Below are positions 1 through 11,419 of a stretch of DNA of 64,000 nt, one piece after another. How positions within the stretch are numbered: position 1 is the stretch's first letter; each line of letters begins with the position of its first letter. The notes beneath the pieces were generated by a model. The model was not told the DNA's origin. It did not search any database and saw only the letters and a program-made list of their open reading frames with translations. The stretch comes from an uncultured Planctomycetaceae bacterium (GTDB taxonomy: Bacteria > Planctomycetota > Planctomycetia > Isosphaerales > Isosphaeraceae): NCBI GenBank assembly GCA_963833985.1, contig CAWIAD010000002.1, positions 1,152,001 to 1,216,000 on the forward strand. Direction: 5' to 3'. Position numbers and translations under genes: made by a program.

Positions 1-1
1 G

Positions 2-328
2 CTGGGCTACAAGGGCGGGCTCAAGGCGGTGGAGAGCCGGCTGGGGCTGAAGCGCGATGCGTCCATCCAGGGCGTGGACGGGTTTGAAGCGGTCCGGCTC
101 TGGCACCGCTACCGCCGTGGAGACGTGCGCGCGCTCGAGACGCTCATCCTCTACAACCTGACGGACGTGGCGAACCTGGTGGAGCTGGCCGAGATCGGCG
201 TTCGGCTGAAGTGCCAGGGCCTGGCGTTTCCGGGAGAGCTTGCAGCGCCTTGCCGATGCACCTCGCCGCAGCCGGACCCGGCCGGGCTCAGCGGCTGGAT
301 CGAGCAGTTCCTCGCCGTGCCGGTGTGA
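2..328 (+). CDS. Ribonuclease H-like (YprB/RNase_H_2-type) domain protein, 5'-truncated by window edge
   Basis: Frame reads LGYKGGLKAVESRLGL..R...GVDGFEAVRLW...LILYNLTDV, the typical C-terminal half of YprB-like exonuclease domains (GLKxxE, YNxxDV). Confidence 0.7.
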   Translation: MGYKGGLKAVESRLGLKRDASIQGVDGFEAVRLWHRYRRGDVRALETLILYNLTDVANLVELAEIGVRLKCQGLAFPGELAAPCRCTSPQPDPAGLSGWIEQFLAVPV

Positions 329-414
329 GCGGAGGCCACGCAGCGCTGGCGAAGCGCCACGGCCGCGGACTACAGTAGGATCATCGTATCCGTTCCTGAA
401 TGCGGAGCCATGCG

Positions 415-954
415 ATGAGACCGTCCCGGTATACGATTGGCCAGGTCATGCTGGTGATCGCGGTGTTCGCGGGCTTGCTCGCCGCGCCTCGGATGGCCGT
501 GTCGTCGGATCGCGTGGTCATGGTCTGCGTAGTCGGGCTGCTCACGGCCCTGGTCGTGCTCAACGTGGTGGTGGAGACGTTCGTGGGCAAGGTCTGCCCG
601 GCGTGCGCGCAACTGGCGCTGCGCCGGCTGGCCCGGCATCGCCGCTACTACGGTTGCCTGGCATGCGGGGGACGGTTCAAGCGGTATGGCCTGGGTCCCT
701 GGCAGGACGCGTCCGGGCCCGAAGACGCGGCCAGGTTCCGAAGGCCGGCCGGGCCTGGCATGTGGAAGGGGTTCACGGTACCGCAAGAGCTTGGCGCGAC
801 GACCAGCGGCCGGCTGCTTCAGAGCAAGCGAACCGGCGAGCTGGCCGACACGGGGGCTCATCCGACACACGCATCGGAGCAGGCGCACAGCCTCGCAGAG
901 GCGTCGCGGAGAAGCCGCGCGGCGCTGGAGCACCTGAAGCGATGGCAAGGTTAG
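415..954 (+). CDS. Hypothetical membrane protein with Zn-ribbon
   Basis: Two N-terminal hydrophobic helices followed by CPAC...CLACG. Confidence 0.6.
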   Translation: MRPSRYTIGQVMLVIAVFAGLLAAPRMAVSSDRVVMVCVVGLLTALVVLNVVVETFVGKVCPACAQLALRRLARHRRYYGCLACGGRFKRYGLGPWQDASGPEDAARFRRPAGPGMWKGFTVPQELGATTSGRLLQSKRTGELADTGAHPTHASEQAHSLAEASRRSRAALEHLKRWQG

Positions 955-980
955 CGTTGCCGTTCCAGCGCCTTGGATCA

Positions 981-1997
<1,017 letters not shown>

Positions 1998-2192
1998 GGT
2001 GCGTCTCCGGTTCAAGGTGATCGATCTCCGGTCCGAGATTTGACGATAGCCAGGCCCGCATGCCGACGCAAGCGCCGGCGCTTGCCGGCCTGGTGCCGCG
2101 GTTCGCGTGGTGGTTGCTCCGGTCCTTGCGCGGGGATAGCATCGAGGTTTGGGTCAGAGATCGATGAGGGTTCTGGCCCGGGAAGGAACGCC

Positions 2193-3668
2193 ATGAGATA
2201 CACTCGGCTCCTGCTGACGTGGCTGGCAATCGGAGCGGCCTGGACCGAGAATGAGGCCCGGTGCGACGACGCGGCGGGACACTTCGTCAGGGTCAGCCCG
2301 CGTGATCCGCGCTACTTCGAGACCGACGACGGCAAGCCCTATATTCCCAACGGACTGAACCTGATCTCGCCTCCGTGGACCCGGTCGCGCCGGCCGGAAG
2401 ACCGCCTGGCCGCGCTCGACCGCTGGCTGGGGAAGCTGGCCGCCCACGGCGGCAACCACATTCGCGTCTGGCTAAGCAACGAGTTCTACGAGGTGGAGCA
2501 CGAGCGCGCCGGCGAGTATGACGTGGAGCGCGCCCGGCGCATCGACGCGATGCTGGCGCTGGCCCGAAAGCACGGCATCCGGGTGAAGCTGACCATCGAG
2601 CATTTCCGGGAGATCGACCCGGCTCAGCCGCGCCAGCCGTGGGCGCTGAAGGCGCTGCATCATGGCTCGCGCGGCGGGCTGGCGAGGTCGGTGGAAGACT
2701 GGCTGGAATCGCCCCGGGCACGCCGGCAGTTCGTGGCCAAGCTCGAATTCTTTTCCAGCCGCTATCGCGACGAGCCCACCATCTACGGATGGGAACTCTG
2801 GAACGAGATGAACGCCGTCGTCGGCCGCGGCGATTACCTGGGCTGGACGAGCGCCATGCTGCCGGAGCTGCATCGGAACTTTCCCCGTCAGCTTGGCATG
2901 CAAAGCCTGGGCAGCTATGACAGCGAAGGCGTGCGCGAGACGTACCGGAAGCTTGCGCTCATGCCAGGCAACGACGTGGCGCAGGTGCATCGCTATCTCG
3001 ACATGAGTGCGCGGCTGGAAGTGTGCCACGGCCCGATTGACGAGCTGGCGGCCAGCGCGGTCTCCACGTTGCTTGGCTTCAAGCCGGGCCGGCCGGTCAT
3101 GCTGGCCGAGAGCGGGGCGGTCGAGCCCTCGCACAGCGGACCGTCGAAGCTCTACGCCAGGGACCAACGTGGAATCATCCTGCACGACATTCTCTTTGCG
3201 CCCTTCTTCGCGGGCGCGGCGGGTTCCGGTCAGTGCTGGCACTGGGATGAGTACGTCGAGGCCAACGACCTCTGGTGGCAGTTCGGCCGCTTCGCCTCGG
3301 CGGTCAAGAACCTCGACCCTCCCGCCGAGGGGTTTGAACCGGTGCGGCGTGACAACGACGCCTTGCGCGTCTACCTGCTGAAGGGCCGGCGCACCTGGCT
3401 CGCCTGGTGCCGCGACAGGGCCAGTCACTGGAAGACCGAGCTCGCCGACGGCATCGCTCCCCGGCCGCTACGAGGGTTGCGTCTGGACCTGGGCCTGCCA
3501 GCCGCATCCTCCGAGGACTGGGTGGGCGTGGTCTATGACCCGTGGACGGACCGCACTTCCAGGGCCGAGCGTAAGGACCACGCCATATTACTTCCGGATT
3601 TCACGCGTTCGATCGTGGTCAGGCTGGAGCGCGCCACGCCCACCAGCCCACCGCCCCGAGCCCGATAG
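2193..3668 (+). CDS. Secreted glycoside hydrolase, clan GH-A (GH5-like)
   Basis: Signal peptide MRYTRLLL; WELWNEMN acid/base motif, VHRY, PVMLAESG nucleophile motif. Confidence 0.75.
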   Translation: MRYTRLLLTWLAIGAAWTENEARCDDAAGHFVRVSPRDPRYFETDDGKPYIPNGLNLISPPWTRSRRPEDRLAALDRWLGKLAAHGGNHIRVWLSNEFYEVEHERAGEYDVERARRIDAMLALARKHGIRVKLTIEHFREIDPAQPRQPWALKALHHGSRGGLARSVEDWLESPRARRQFVAKLEFFSSRYRDEPTIYGWELWNEMNAVVGRGDYLGWTSAMLPELHRNFPRQLGMQSLGSYDSEGVRETYRKLALMPGNDVAQVHRYLDMSARLEVCHGPIDELAASAVSTLLGFKPGRPVMLAESGAVEPSHSGPSKLYARDQRGIILHDILFAPFFAGAAGSGQCWHWDEYVEANDLWWQFGRFASAVKNLDPPAEGFEPVRRDNDALRVYLLKGRRTWLAWCRDRASHWKTELADGIAPRPLRGLRLDLGLPAASSEDWVGVVYDPWTDRTSRAERKDHAILLPDFTRSIVVRLERATPTSPPPRAR

Positions 3669-3682
3669 AAAGATGCATTGCC

Positions 3683-5947
3683 ATGCGCAGACACTTCGTG
3701 CCGTACGCTCTCGGGATGCTGGGAGCCATGCTCGTGTGCTGGGCTTCGTGGGGTCATGGCCAGACCGGCAAGGAGCCGACCGCGCGCACCTGGCACTTCG
3801 ATGCGGCCGACGACTTGAAGGCGTGGAAGGCCGCCGGCGACGTGGCCGTTGACACGGGGCACGGACGCGCGGGACCGGGGGGCGCATTGCGCGTGGGTCC
3901 GCGCAGCACGGCGGTGCTGACGCTGCGCGCGGCCGACGCATCCGGAAAGGTTGAGTTCTGGGTTCGTGACGATGGCACGCGGCCGGCGAATCCCAGGGCC
4001 TCACGGCTGGGGCCGCGCTGGGGCCTGGTGCAGAACGACGGCCGCGTGCTGGCGGTGGGAATTCTTTACGCGAGCTACCTGGGCGGCGACGAAGGCTACA
4101 CGGCGTCGGCCCGCGCGGGTCCGGCGGCGAACTGGTTCGACCGGCTCTTCTGGCTGGGAGTAAATCGAGCGCCCGCCGGCTGGCATAAATGGACCTTCGA
4201 CTTCGATGCCGAGGCCGGCTTGCAGGTCTTCCACAATGACCGCGAGCTGGGCGCAATCGATCCCGGCAAGACGGGTCTGCGCGGCTTCAGCGGGGTTGCC
4301 GTCTGGGGCGACGAGGGCCCGGGGCCGGGGCAGTCGATCTGGGTGGACGACCTCTCGGTCACCCTTGGCGGGCCGGCCAGGCTGGTCGAGGCGGTCGAGG
4401 CCGATCCCTACGCAGCGAGCACGACCGCTCATGAAGCCCGCTGGCCGGTCGTCATGTACCGCCGGGAAGACACGCCCGCCACCCCCGCGCTGGAGGACTT
4501 GCCTCTGCGGGAGAGCGTCTCACAGTACGGCATCACCTGGACGTTCGATCGGCCCGCGCGGGTCGGGCATTTCGTCAACGGCGACTGGTACGTGGTCGGG
4601 CCGGTGACGGTGAAGGCGATCGACCCCCGGCCGCTGTACGGCAGCGAGATCCCCAGGCGCGAGCTGGACCAGGTGGACAGGGAGCACCCGCCAGCAGAGC
4701 GCGTGCGCAACGGGTTCATGCTCGATCCGCCGGCGCGGATGAAGGTGGCGTATGACAGCGGGGTGCGGAACTGGTTCGACCCCGGCATGGTGCAGAAGCT
4801 GCCCGTGGCCATGAAGCCCGGCGCAGCGCTGGTATCCACGATCAGCATGCCGAAGGGCCTGATCCTGCATGCCCCGTTGCGGAACAAGATCGAGCGCGGG
4901 GTGGACGACAGCAGCCCGATCCGGACCGCGGCCGTTCTCACCTGCGTGGCGCGGTCGCTGCCTCCGGACGCGTTCCGGCCGGCCTTCTGCGCGGGCGGGC
5001 AGCCGATCCTGCTGGCACGCAACCTGAGGCGCGACCTCCTGCCCCGGGCGGCGCGCACCCGGAGCATGCCCCGCGTCGAGCAATACGTCCGGTTCACCGA
5101 ACGCCCCTGGGTGGGAACGTGCTTCTTCGGCTTCGAGGAGCCCGTCGAGAACATGCCGCAATACGGCCTGGAGTACGGCAGGGTGACGGGAATCTCCGCA
5201 CTCCTCCTGTGCACGGACCTGAAACCCGAGGAGAAGGAGCCTTTGCTTCTGAACTTCGTGCAGGTGGGCATCGATCTGGCGGGGATGGTGAGCGCGGGCC
5301 ATCCGGGCTGGCCGGGCTGGGGCGGGCACGGCAGCGGTCGCAAGCTGCCGATCATCTTCGCCGGTCTGCTGCTGGGAATCGATGACTGGGCCCGGATCAA
5401 CACCGCCTTCCCCAAGGTGAGCTTCGGCGAGGACGAGCAAACCGCTTACGGGCCCGGCTGGACTGGCGCCACGGTGGTGTTCGCGGGACATTCCGGGATC
5501 GATGCCGCCACCGGGGCCGGCCGCGACCGCGGACGCGGAGGCGCCTGGGGCCCGTACGAGCACATGGACCCGTCGCAGTGGAAGGAGGGGCAGAACACCA
5601 GCGAGTCCTACCGCCGTTGCTGCACCAGCGTCGGCTGGGTGGCGCAGGCGCTGGCCCTCCGGCTGCTGCATGCCGAGCACGCCTGGGGCCACGATGCCTT
5701 CTTCGATTACGTCGATCGCTGGATGTCTGAGGATGACGCCGCGTTCGTGAAGATCATCAAGCAGGCCACGGGTCATGACCACGACCAGGAGTGGTCTCGC
5801 CAGGGCCAGGCCTGGGACCCATTCGTCAACGAGATGTGGGCCCGGCACCGGGGAACTCTGGATGCCCACGGCGACGGCTGGAAGCAGCCGCACGACGACT
5901 CGTATTACAAGGCGGCGCTCAAGAAGTCCGCCAGTCAGGCACGGTAG
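3683..5947 (+). CDS. Large secreted hypothetical protein (754 aa)
   Basis: Long ORF with signal peptide, 14 bp after the GH gene; no family recognised. Confidence 0.7.
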   Translation: MRRHFVPYALGMLGAMLVCWASWGHGQTGKEPTARTWHFDAADDLKAWKAAGDVAVDTGHGRAGPGGALRVGPRSTAVLTLRAADASGKVEFWVRDDGTRPANPRASRLGPRWGLVQNDGRVLAVGILYASYLGGDEGYTASARAGPAANWFDRLFWLGVNRAPAGWHKWTFDFDAEAGLQVFHNDRELGAIDPGKTGLRGFSGVAVWGDEGPGPGQSIWVDDLSVTLGGPARLVEAVEADPYAASTTAHEARWPVVMYRREDTPATPALEDLPLRESVSQYGITWTFDRPARVGHFVNGDWYVVGPVTVKAIDPRPLYGSEIPRRELDQVDREHPPAERVRNGFMLDPPARMKVAYDSGVRNWFDPGMVQKLPVAMKPGAALVSTISMPKGLILHAPLRNKIERGVDDSSPIRTAAVLTCVARSLPPDAFRPAFCAGGQPILLARNLRRDLLPRAARTRSMPRVEQYVRFTERPWVGTCFFGFEEPVENMPQYGLEYGRVTGISALLLCTDLKPEEKEPLLLNFVQVGIDLAGMVSAGHPGWPGWGGHGSGRKLPIIFAGLLLGIDDWARINTAFPKVSFGEDEQTAYGPGWTGATVVFAGHSGIDAATGAGRDRGRGGAWGPYEHMDPSQWKEGQNTSESYRRCCTSVGWVAQALALRLLHAEHAWGHDAFFDYVDRWMSEDDAAFVKIIKQATGHDHDQEWSRQGQAWDPFVNEMWARHRGTLDAHGDGWKQPHDDSYYKAALKKSASQAR

Positions 5948-5978
5948 ACGCGCCGGGGAGCGTGCTTCCCGCAACGGG

Positions 5979-7187
5979 TCACGCAGCCGTCGAGGGAATC
6001 AATTCCACCTTCACCCACCCGGGCCGGTGCTCGGCGAATGTCCTGTAAGCGTCGATCACCGAGGTGAGCGGCAGCCGCTGGGTGAGCACCTTGAGCGGGT
6101 CGACGGTGCCATTGCGGACCAGTCCCACCAGGTGGGGGATGATCCGGCGATGATTGCAGTTGCCCATCTTGACGGTCAGGTTCTTGTTCATCGCCAGGCC
6201 GATGGGGAACGACATCATCGTGGGCGGATAGACGCCAATCACCGCGAGCGTGCCGGCCTTGGCCAGCGCGGTGACGGCCCACTGGAGGGCCTGTGATGGG
6301 GCGTCGCCCGGCAGCCAGTCTTTGTCCGGACGGGCACCGATCTGTTCCAGTTCCTGTTTGTATTGCTTCTGCGAGGCCCGGTCCGCCTGACCGGGGCCCT
6401 GCTCGGCCTGGTAGGCGTCGACCCCCACGGCATCGATGGCGCGGTCCACGCCAATCTTCCCGGTCAGCCCGAGAATAGCCGCGACGGGATCTTCCGCGTC
6501 GAAGTCGACGATCTCGGCGCCCAGCTCGCGCGCCATCCCCAGGCGGTCGGGTACGGAGTCCACGGCGATCACCCGCGACGCCCCCAGGTGCAGTGCCGAC
6601 CGGATCGCGAACAGGCCGACCGGTCCGCAGCCGAAGACCGCAACGTTATCGCCGGGAGCGGTCTCGGCGAGCTCGGCACCGAAGTAACCGGTGGGGAAGA
6701 TGTCCGAGATCAGGATCCCTTGCTCGTCGGTGATCTCTTCGGGGAGCTTGACCATGCCGACATTCGCGAAGGGAACGCGTGCGCGCTCGGCCTGTAGCCC
6801 TTGAAACGGGCCGGTTTGCTTCGGGCCGCCGTAAAAGGCGGTGCCGGCCAACGCCCCGTTGGGGTTGGCGTTATCGCACTGAGCCTGGTAGCCGGCGCGG
6901 CAGTACGAGCAGTAACCGCAGGCAATCGTCGAGGGAATCACAACGCGGTCACCGACCTGGAAATTCCGGACCTCCTTGCCCAGCTCCTCGACGATGCCCA
7001 CACCTTCATGACCCAGGATCGTACCGGGTTCCAGACCGGGCACGGTGCCTCGAACGAAGTGCAGGTCAGTGCCGCAGATGGCGCTTGCCGTGAGCCGGAC
7101 GACGGCATCCGTGGGGTCCTTGATTCGGGGTTCCGGCACCCGCTCGAGCCGGATATCGCCAACGGCATGGAATACAACCGCGTTCAT
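5979..7187 (-). CDS. Zn-dependent alcohol/formaldehyde dehydrogenase (MDR family)
   Basis: ICGTDLH, GHEGVG, CGYCSYC..C structural Zn site, GCGPVG Rossmann motif; start set at MNAVVFH. Confidence 0.9.
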   Translation of the reverse strand: MNAVVFHAVGDIRLERVPEPRIKDPTDAVVRLTASAICGTDLHFVRGTVPGLEPGTILGHEGVGIVEELGKEVRNFQVGDRVVIPSTIACGYCSYCRAGYQAQCDNANPNGALAGTAFYGGPKQTGPFQGLQAERARVPFANVGMVKLPEEITDEQGILISDIFPTGYFGAELAETAPGDNVAVFGCGPVGLFAIRSALHLGASRVIAVDSVPDRLGMARELGAEIVDFDAEDPVAAILGLTGKIGVDRAIDAVGVDAYQAEQGPGQADRASQKQYKQELEQIGARPDKDWLPGDAPSQALQWAVTALAKAGTLAVIGVYPPTMMSFPIGLAMNKNLTVKMGNCNHRRIIPHLVGLVRNGTVDPLKVLTQRLPLTSVIDAYRTFAEHRPGWVKVELIPSTAA

Positions 7188-7336
7188 GAGGCACGTTCCT
7201 TGATCCGGATGTTGAGCGGGAGTGTCCGCGGCATGGCGCGGGCTGCTGGGAATGGCTTGTATCGAAGGGCCGCAAGACGAGAGAGAGAGTCGCGCTTGCG
7301 CCGGTGCTCCCTCTCCCGCTAGTGCTTGAATCAGGT

Positions 7337-7852
7337 TCATGACGAACTGGCGGCGCTGACGTTGACCGAGGACTCCGCGATCCTGGTCAGTTTCTCGTCG
7401 CAGGCGGACTCCTCGTCCAGTGTTCTCTGAAGAACCTGGGCGATCTCGTCATGCCCCAGATGCTGGGCGAGCGTCCGCGCGGTGCCGTAGCCGGAGATCT
7501 CATAGTGCTCGACGCGCTGGGCGGCCGCGATGAGAGCGGCGTCCTTGATTTCCGCCTTGCCGCGGGCGCTGATCGCCTCCTCGCCCTCGCTGATGAGACC
7601 CTTCATCGCCTCGCAGGTCTCTCGCTTGGGACTCTGGTTCATCGACGCGAAGACCTTCTCCAGGCGCGCCACGTGTTGCTCGGTTTCGCGGAGGTGGGAT
7701 TCGAAGGCGGACTTGAGATGGCCGCTCGATGCGGCCTCGGCCATTTTCGGCAGGGCCTTGGTCAGCCTTTGCTCCGCGTCGTAAAGGTCCCGGATCTGAG
7801 CGACGAAGAGATCGTCGAGTGAATTCAAGGTCATGCTGGAAAACAGTCCCAT
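7337..7852 (-). CDS. Ferritin-like DUF892 (YciE/YciF family) stress protein
   Basis: DLYDAEQRL..ALPKM, HLRETEQHVARL, CEAMKGLI.E, AAAQRVEHYEISGYGT. Confidence 0.92.
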   Translation of the reverse strand: MGLFSSMTLNSLDDLFVAQIRDLYDAEQRLTKALPKMAEAASSGHLKSAFESHLRETEQHVARLEKVFASMNQSPKRETCEAMKGLISEGEEAISARGKAEIKDAALIAAAQRVEHYEISGYGTARTLAQHLGHDEIAQVLQRTLDEESACDEKLTRIAESSVNVSAASSS

Positions 7853-8002
7853 GAGCAGCTCCCGAGAAAAACTTCGGCACCCTCAACTGGCCGGCAGGGA
7901 AGCCCGGAACACAAGACGCGGCCGGCGTCGCGACAGAGGCCATCTCGTTCTCTGCTACAAACCCGATGCCGCAATCCATGCGATTTTCTTAATGTGTTGC
8001 GG

Positions 8003-8893
8003 CTACCCGTTCACCACCTCACCACCGTTTGGATGCAAGATTTGCCCGGTCATGTAAGAGGCATCGTCGGAGGCGAGGAAGACGAAGCAAGGGGCCACTT
8101 CCTCCGGCTGACCGGGTCGTTTCATGGGCACATCCGATCCGAACTTCTCAACCTTTTCCGCGGGAAACGTGGAGGGGATGAGCGGGGTCCAGATTGGCCC
8201 CGGCGCCACGGCGTTGACGCGTATTCCCTTGTCGGCCAGAGCACTCGATAACGACCGGGTGAAGGCGACGATGGCACCCTTGGTGGACGAGTAGTCCAGC
8301 AGCATGCGGTTCCCCTGGTAGGCCGTCACCGAGGTTGTGTTGACGATGGCGGACCCGGCCTTGAGGTGCGGCAAGGCCGCCTTGGTCATGAAGAACTGCG
8401 AGAAGATGTTCGTGCGGAAGGTGCGTTCGAGCTGCTCGGCGGTGATGTTTTCGATGGAGTCCTGAGGGTGCTGCTCGGCGGCGTTGTTCACAAGAATGTC
8501 CAGGCCTCCCAGCTCTTCCGCGGTCTGCCGCACAGCGCGCTGGCAGAACGATTCATCGCCGACGTCTCCGGCGATGAGAATGCACCGGCGTCCCTCACGC
8601 TCCACCAGCCGCTTCGCCTCCTGAGCGTCCTCATGCTCGTTCAGGTAGACGATCGCGCAGTCGCATTCCTCCCTGGCGAAGAGGATCGCCACGGCACGGC
8701 CGATGCCGCTGTCCCCCCCGGTGATGAGTGCGACCTTGTCTCTCAGCTTTCCCGAGCCACGGTACGACCGATCGTCGGCCGCCGGTCTGGGAACCATCTC
8801 AGACTCGCGCCCGGGTTGCTGATTCTGTGTCTGGGGAGGAGGCGTCAGGCCCATTGAGATTCCACCTGGAGGAGTGTGCATCAAGGTTTTCAT
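8003..8893 (-). CDS. SDR oxidoreductase, general-stress type (YdaD/YhdF-like)
   Basis: TGGDSGIGRA, LVNNAAEQH, YSSTK catalytic motif, PGPIWTPLIP. Confidence 0.92.
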   Translation of the reverse strand: MKTLMHTPPGGISMGLTPPPQTQNQQPGRESEMVPRPAADDRSYRGSGKLRDKVALITGGDSGIGRAVAILFAREECDCAIVYLNEHEDAQEAKRLVEREGRRCILIAGDVGDESFCQRAVRQTAEELGGLDILVNNAAEQHPQDSIENITAEQLERTFRTNIFSQFFMTKAALPHLKAGSAIVNTTSVTAYQGNRMLLDYSSTKGAIVAFTRSLSSALADKGIRVNAVAPGPIWTPLIPSTFPAEKVEKFGSDVPMKRPGQPEEVAPCFVFLASDDASYMTGQILHPNGGEVVNG

Positions 8894-8937
8894 GCCGGAA
8901 TGGCGTGCCGGTTTGACGACCGGATTTCCCTTCTTCG

Positions 8938-8954
8938 TGCAAAGGGAGTGCCGA
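8938..8954 (-). promoter_or_regulatory. Putative sigma-54 (-24/-12) promoter for the SDR-DUF892-dehydrogenase block
   Basis: Minus strand TCGGCACTCCCTTTGCA = GG-N10-GC with GGCAC and TTGCA, ~45 bp upstream of the SDR ORF start. Confidence 0.55.
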
Positions 8955-9139
8955 GCCGCAAGTCGCGCAGACCTCAGGCATATCTCATGAAACGCTTCAA
9001 ATCCGTTTTGAAAAACGGCCGATGAAGCGGCGGGCAGGTGGTGGTGATACGGACGTCCTGAACGCCTGGTGCCGTCCGCTCAGCTCGTTAAAAAGAACGC
9101 ACCAAGGCGAGCTCGTCCGGCGCGAGACCATGCCGGCAC

Positions 9140-9750
9140 TCAGTAATGGGCGGTCATGGTTGCGAGCGTTTTTTGTAATTCGACGATGAAGCGCTCGAGC
9201 TGGGCTTGCGCCATGGGGGTCGCGTGCTTTCAGGGAGGGGAGCGTCTCCCGTGCCACTTCCGTGAGCTTGTTCCGCGCATCGACCACGTGCCGGATGGTG
9301 GCTTCTCCGTAAGTCGCGTGCTCGCTGACCACCTGGCCGACCGCCTGCTCCGCGGCTTTCCGCGCCGTCAGTAGACGCGCATCGCCGGACATCGCCCCGG
9401 GCCAGAGCACCTTGCCATCCTCCGTGAGCAGGCGATCACGTGGAACCGTGGGAAGAATGCGGGGTGGAGCATGATGCGCGGCCGGTGCGCCGTTCCAGCC
9501 GGGCAGCGACGTGATGGCCTGGATCAGCGGACCGAAGCTGGTGACCGTCTGCGCGGGCGGGGGCACGCCAGTAGTGCGGCGTGCGGTAGTTATAGTAACC
9601 CGAGGGCCAGCCAGCCGACCGGAACGTCCCGGAGACGCCCGGCCGGTAGCCGGGTTGCTGGTAAGGCCGGACCTGCGCCTGGCATGGCCAGGCGCAGACC
9701 GCCGTCATCCCGAAGACGGCCCAGTAGAATCGAGTGCGAATTTGGATCAT
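9140..9750 (-). CDS. Secreted hypothetical protein, split by two apparent frameshifts
   Basis: Signal peptide MIQIRTRFYWAVFG..CQA; continues in the 8997..9566 frame near 9565 and ends in a third frame (AQLERFIVELQKTLATMTAHY*). Confidence 0.5.
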
Positions 9751-9842
9751 GGCCGGGTCTCCTGGTTTCATTTTACCAGGGGCGCAGCCAGTGAGTCAGC
9801 GCCGCGACAACCAGCCATGACGGTCACCGCGCGGCAGCACGA

Positions 9843-10625
9843 TCAGAGCTCAACCGCGACGTTCGTCTGGGGTTCGCAAACCCGGATGCCGTCGCGCAGG
9901 TCGGCATGGTGAACCACCTGGTTCTTTCCGCTCGTCTTGGCGAAGCGCATGGCTTGAACCGAGCGATCGAGGATTTCCAGGGACGTCATGCCCGAGCACT
10001 CCAGCGTCGCGACGCCGAAGCTCGCGGTGACCGGCCTGGCCGGCCAGCTCGCGCCCTCGATCCCCCGGCGCAGGCGCTCGGCGATGCCGTGCGCATCGGT
10101 CTGATCGGTCGCCGGCAGCAGCACCGCGAATTCACCGCCTTCCAGGCGAGCCAGCACGTCGTACGCCCGCAGGTTGCGGTCGAGGTATCGTGCCAGATCC
10201 TGGAGCAATCGGTCACCGGCCGTGTCACTCACCTCCCGGTTGTACGACCGTAGCTCGTCCACATCCAGGACGATGGCCGACAGGAGAAGATTGTGGCGAA
10301 CCGCGAAGCTCCATGCCCCCTCCAGCTCCTCGCGGAACCTTGTCCGGTTCCGCAAGCCGGTCAGCTCGTCCCTCAAGCTCTGGCGCGACAGGCAGTCGAG
10401 GGCGAACCTCAGCTCGCGGCACTCCGCGCGCAACTGTGTGATCTCCGGATGCGTCCGCCCGGCTTGCTCCTCCTGCCCCTGGCCGGAAGTCTCGGTCGAG
10501 CATCGATCCGCTTGCGGCGCGACCGCGGTCGTGCACACCTCCGGGGGCTGCTGAGCGTCCATCCACGAAAGATCGAGGTGCAAGGGGCGTCCCATCTCCG
10601 GGTCGTGCGTCTGATCGTCTTGCAT
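9843..10625 (-). CDS. GGDEF-domain protein with degenerate active site
   Basis: DELTGLRNR, LDVD, GDRLL, ARLEGGEFAVLLP, TASFGVA, AKTSGKNQV. Confidence 0.85.
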   Translation of the reverse strand: MQDDQTHDPEMGRPLHLDLSWMDAQQPPEVCTTAVAPQADRCSTETSGQGQEEQAGRTHPEITQLRAECRELRFALDCLSRQSLRDELTGLRNRTRFREELEGAWSFAVRHNLLLSAIVLDVDELRSYNREVSDTAGDRLLQDLARYLDRNLRAYDVLARLEGGEFAVLLPATDQTDAHGIAERLRRGIEGASWPARPVTASFGVATLECSGMTSLEILDRSVQAMRFAKTSGKNQVVHHADLRDGIRVCEPQTNVAVEL

Positions 10626-11050
10626 GGTGAAGGCAGCATCCTCTCGATGAATTCCGGGAAAGCAAGCTCACGAAATACCGGTTCTCCGCCGCGCAACGTT
10701 GCGACAACGCAACCAGAGGCGGCGGGTTCTACTCTCACCATAGGCCATCCCCGCGCAAACCTTGCCGCGACGCAACACGCGTGGCCCGGATGTGTCGAAA
10801 GAGCAACATGACGACGGGCTTCAGAGCCAGCACCGCAGAGCCGGGCCAGCACGCTTGACCCCGAGCGCCCGCTGCGGTGCAGCCTCCGCACGGCATGGCT
10901 GGGCAGTTCAGGCCAGGTGTACGGTCTGGCCGGAAACGGGCACGAGCACGGCACGCTTACCTGGCCTGAATCGACCAGCCCAATCCAGGTGGCCAGATTC
11001 ATCCAGTACAATCTTTGCATGCGTTGATCTTTTTATGGCGCGGGGAACCT

Positions 11051-11067
11051 CCGGCACAGTCTCTGCA
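11051..11067 (+). promoter_or_regulatory. Putative sigma-54 promoter upstream of the Zn-finger/Ku/Ku/ligD operon
   Basis: CCGGCACAGTCTCTGCA = GG-N10-GC, 65 bp upstream of the ATG at 11132. Confidence 0.45.
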
Positions 11068-11131
11068 TGACGGACCTTCACGACCATCCCCGGGAATACG
11101 GTCGCCGGATGTTCGGTCTGGGTGGAACAGA

Positions 11132-11419
11132 ATGAAGCGAGAAATCGGTCGTCAGCGGCGCGTACCGGTCCCTGGTTTCACGAGCAGGTGCACTGACCGC
11201 TGGTGCGTCGCGTGCTGCCACCCGGCCGTACTGCTGTCGCTGTACCACTGTGGCCACTGTGACCGCGAGGTGTGCTCGATGTGCGTGGTGCACCCCGGAG
11301 AGACAGCGGAATTGCTTTGCCCTGAATGTGCCTGCGCGTACCAGGGTGCTGAGCCGGAGACCAGAGCGTATGTTGGCCCGAGCCATCTGGCAGGGAAACC
11401 TGCTGGTCCAGAAACATGA
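11132..11419 (+). CDS. Small Cys-rich Zn-finger protein
   Basis: CVAC, CGHC, CSMC, CPEC (four CxxC pairs); overlaps the Ku start. Confidence 0.5.
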   Translation: MKREIGRQRRVPVPGFTSRCTDRWCVACCHPAVLLSLYHCGHCDREVCSMCVVHPGETAELLCPECACAYQGAEPETRAYVGPSHLAGKPAGPET

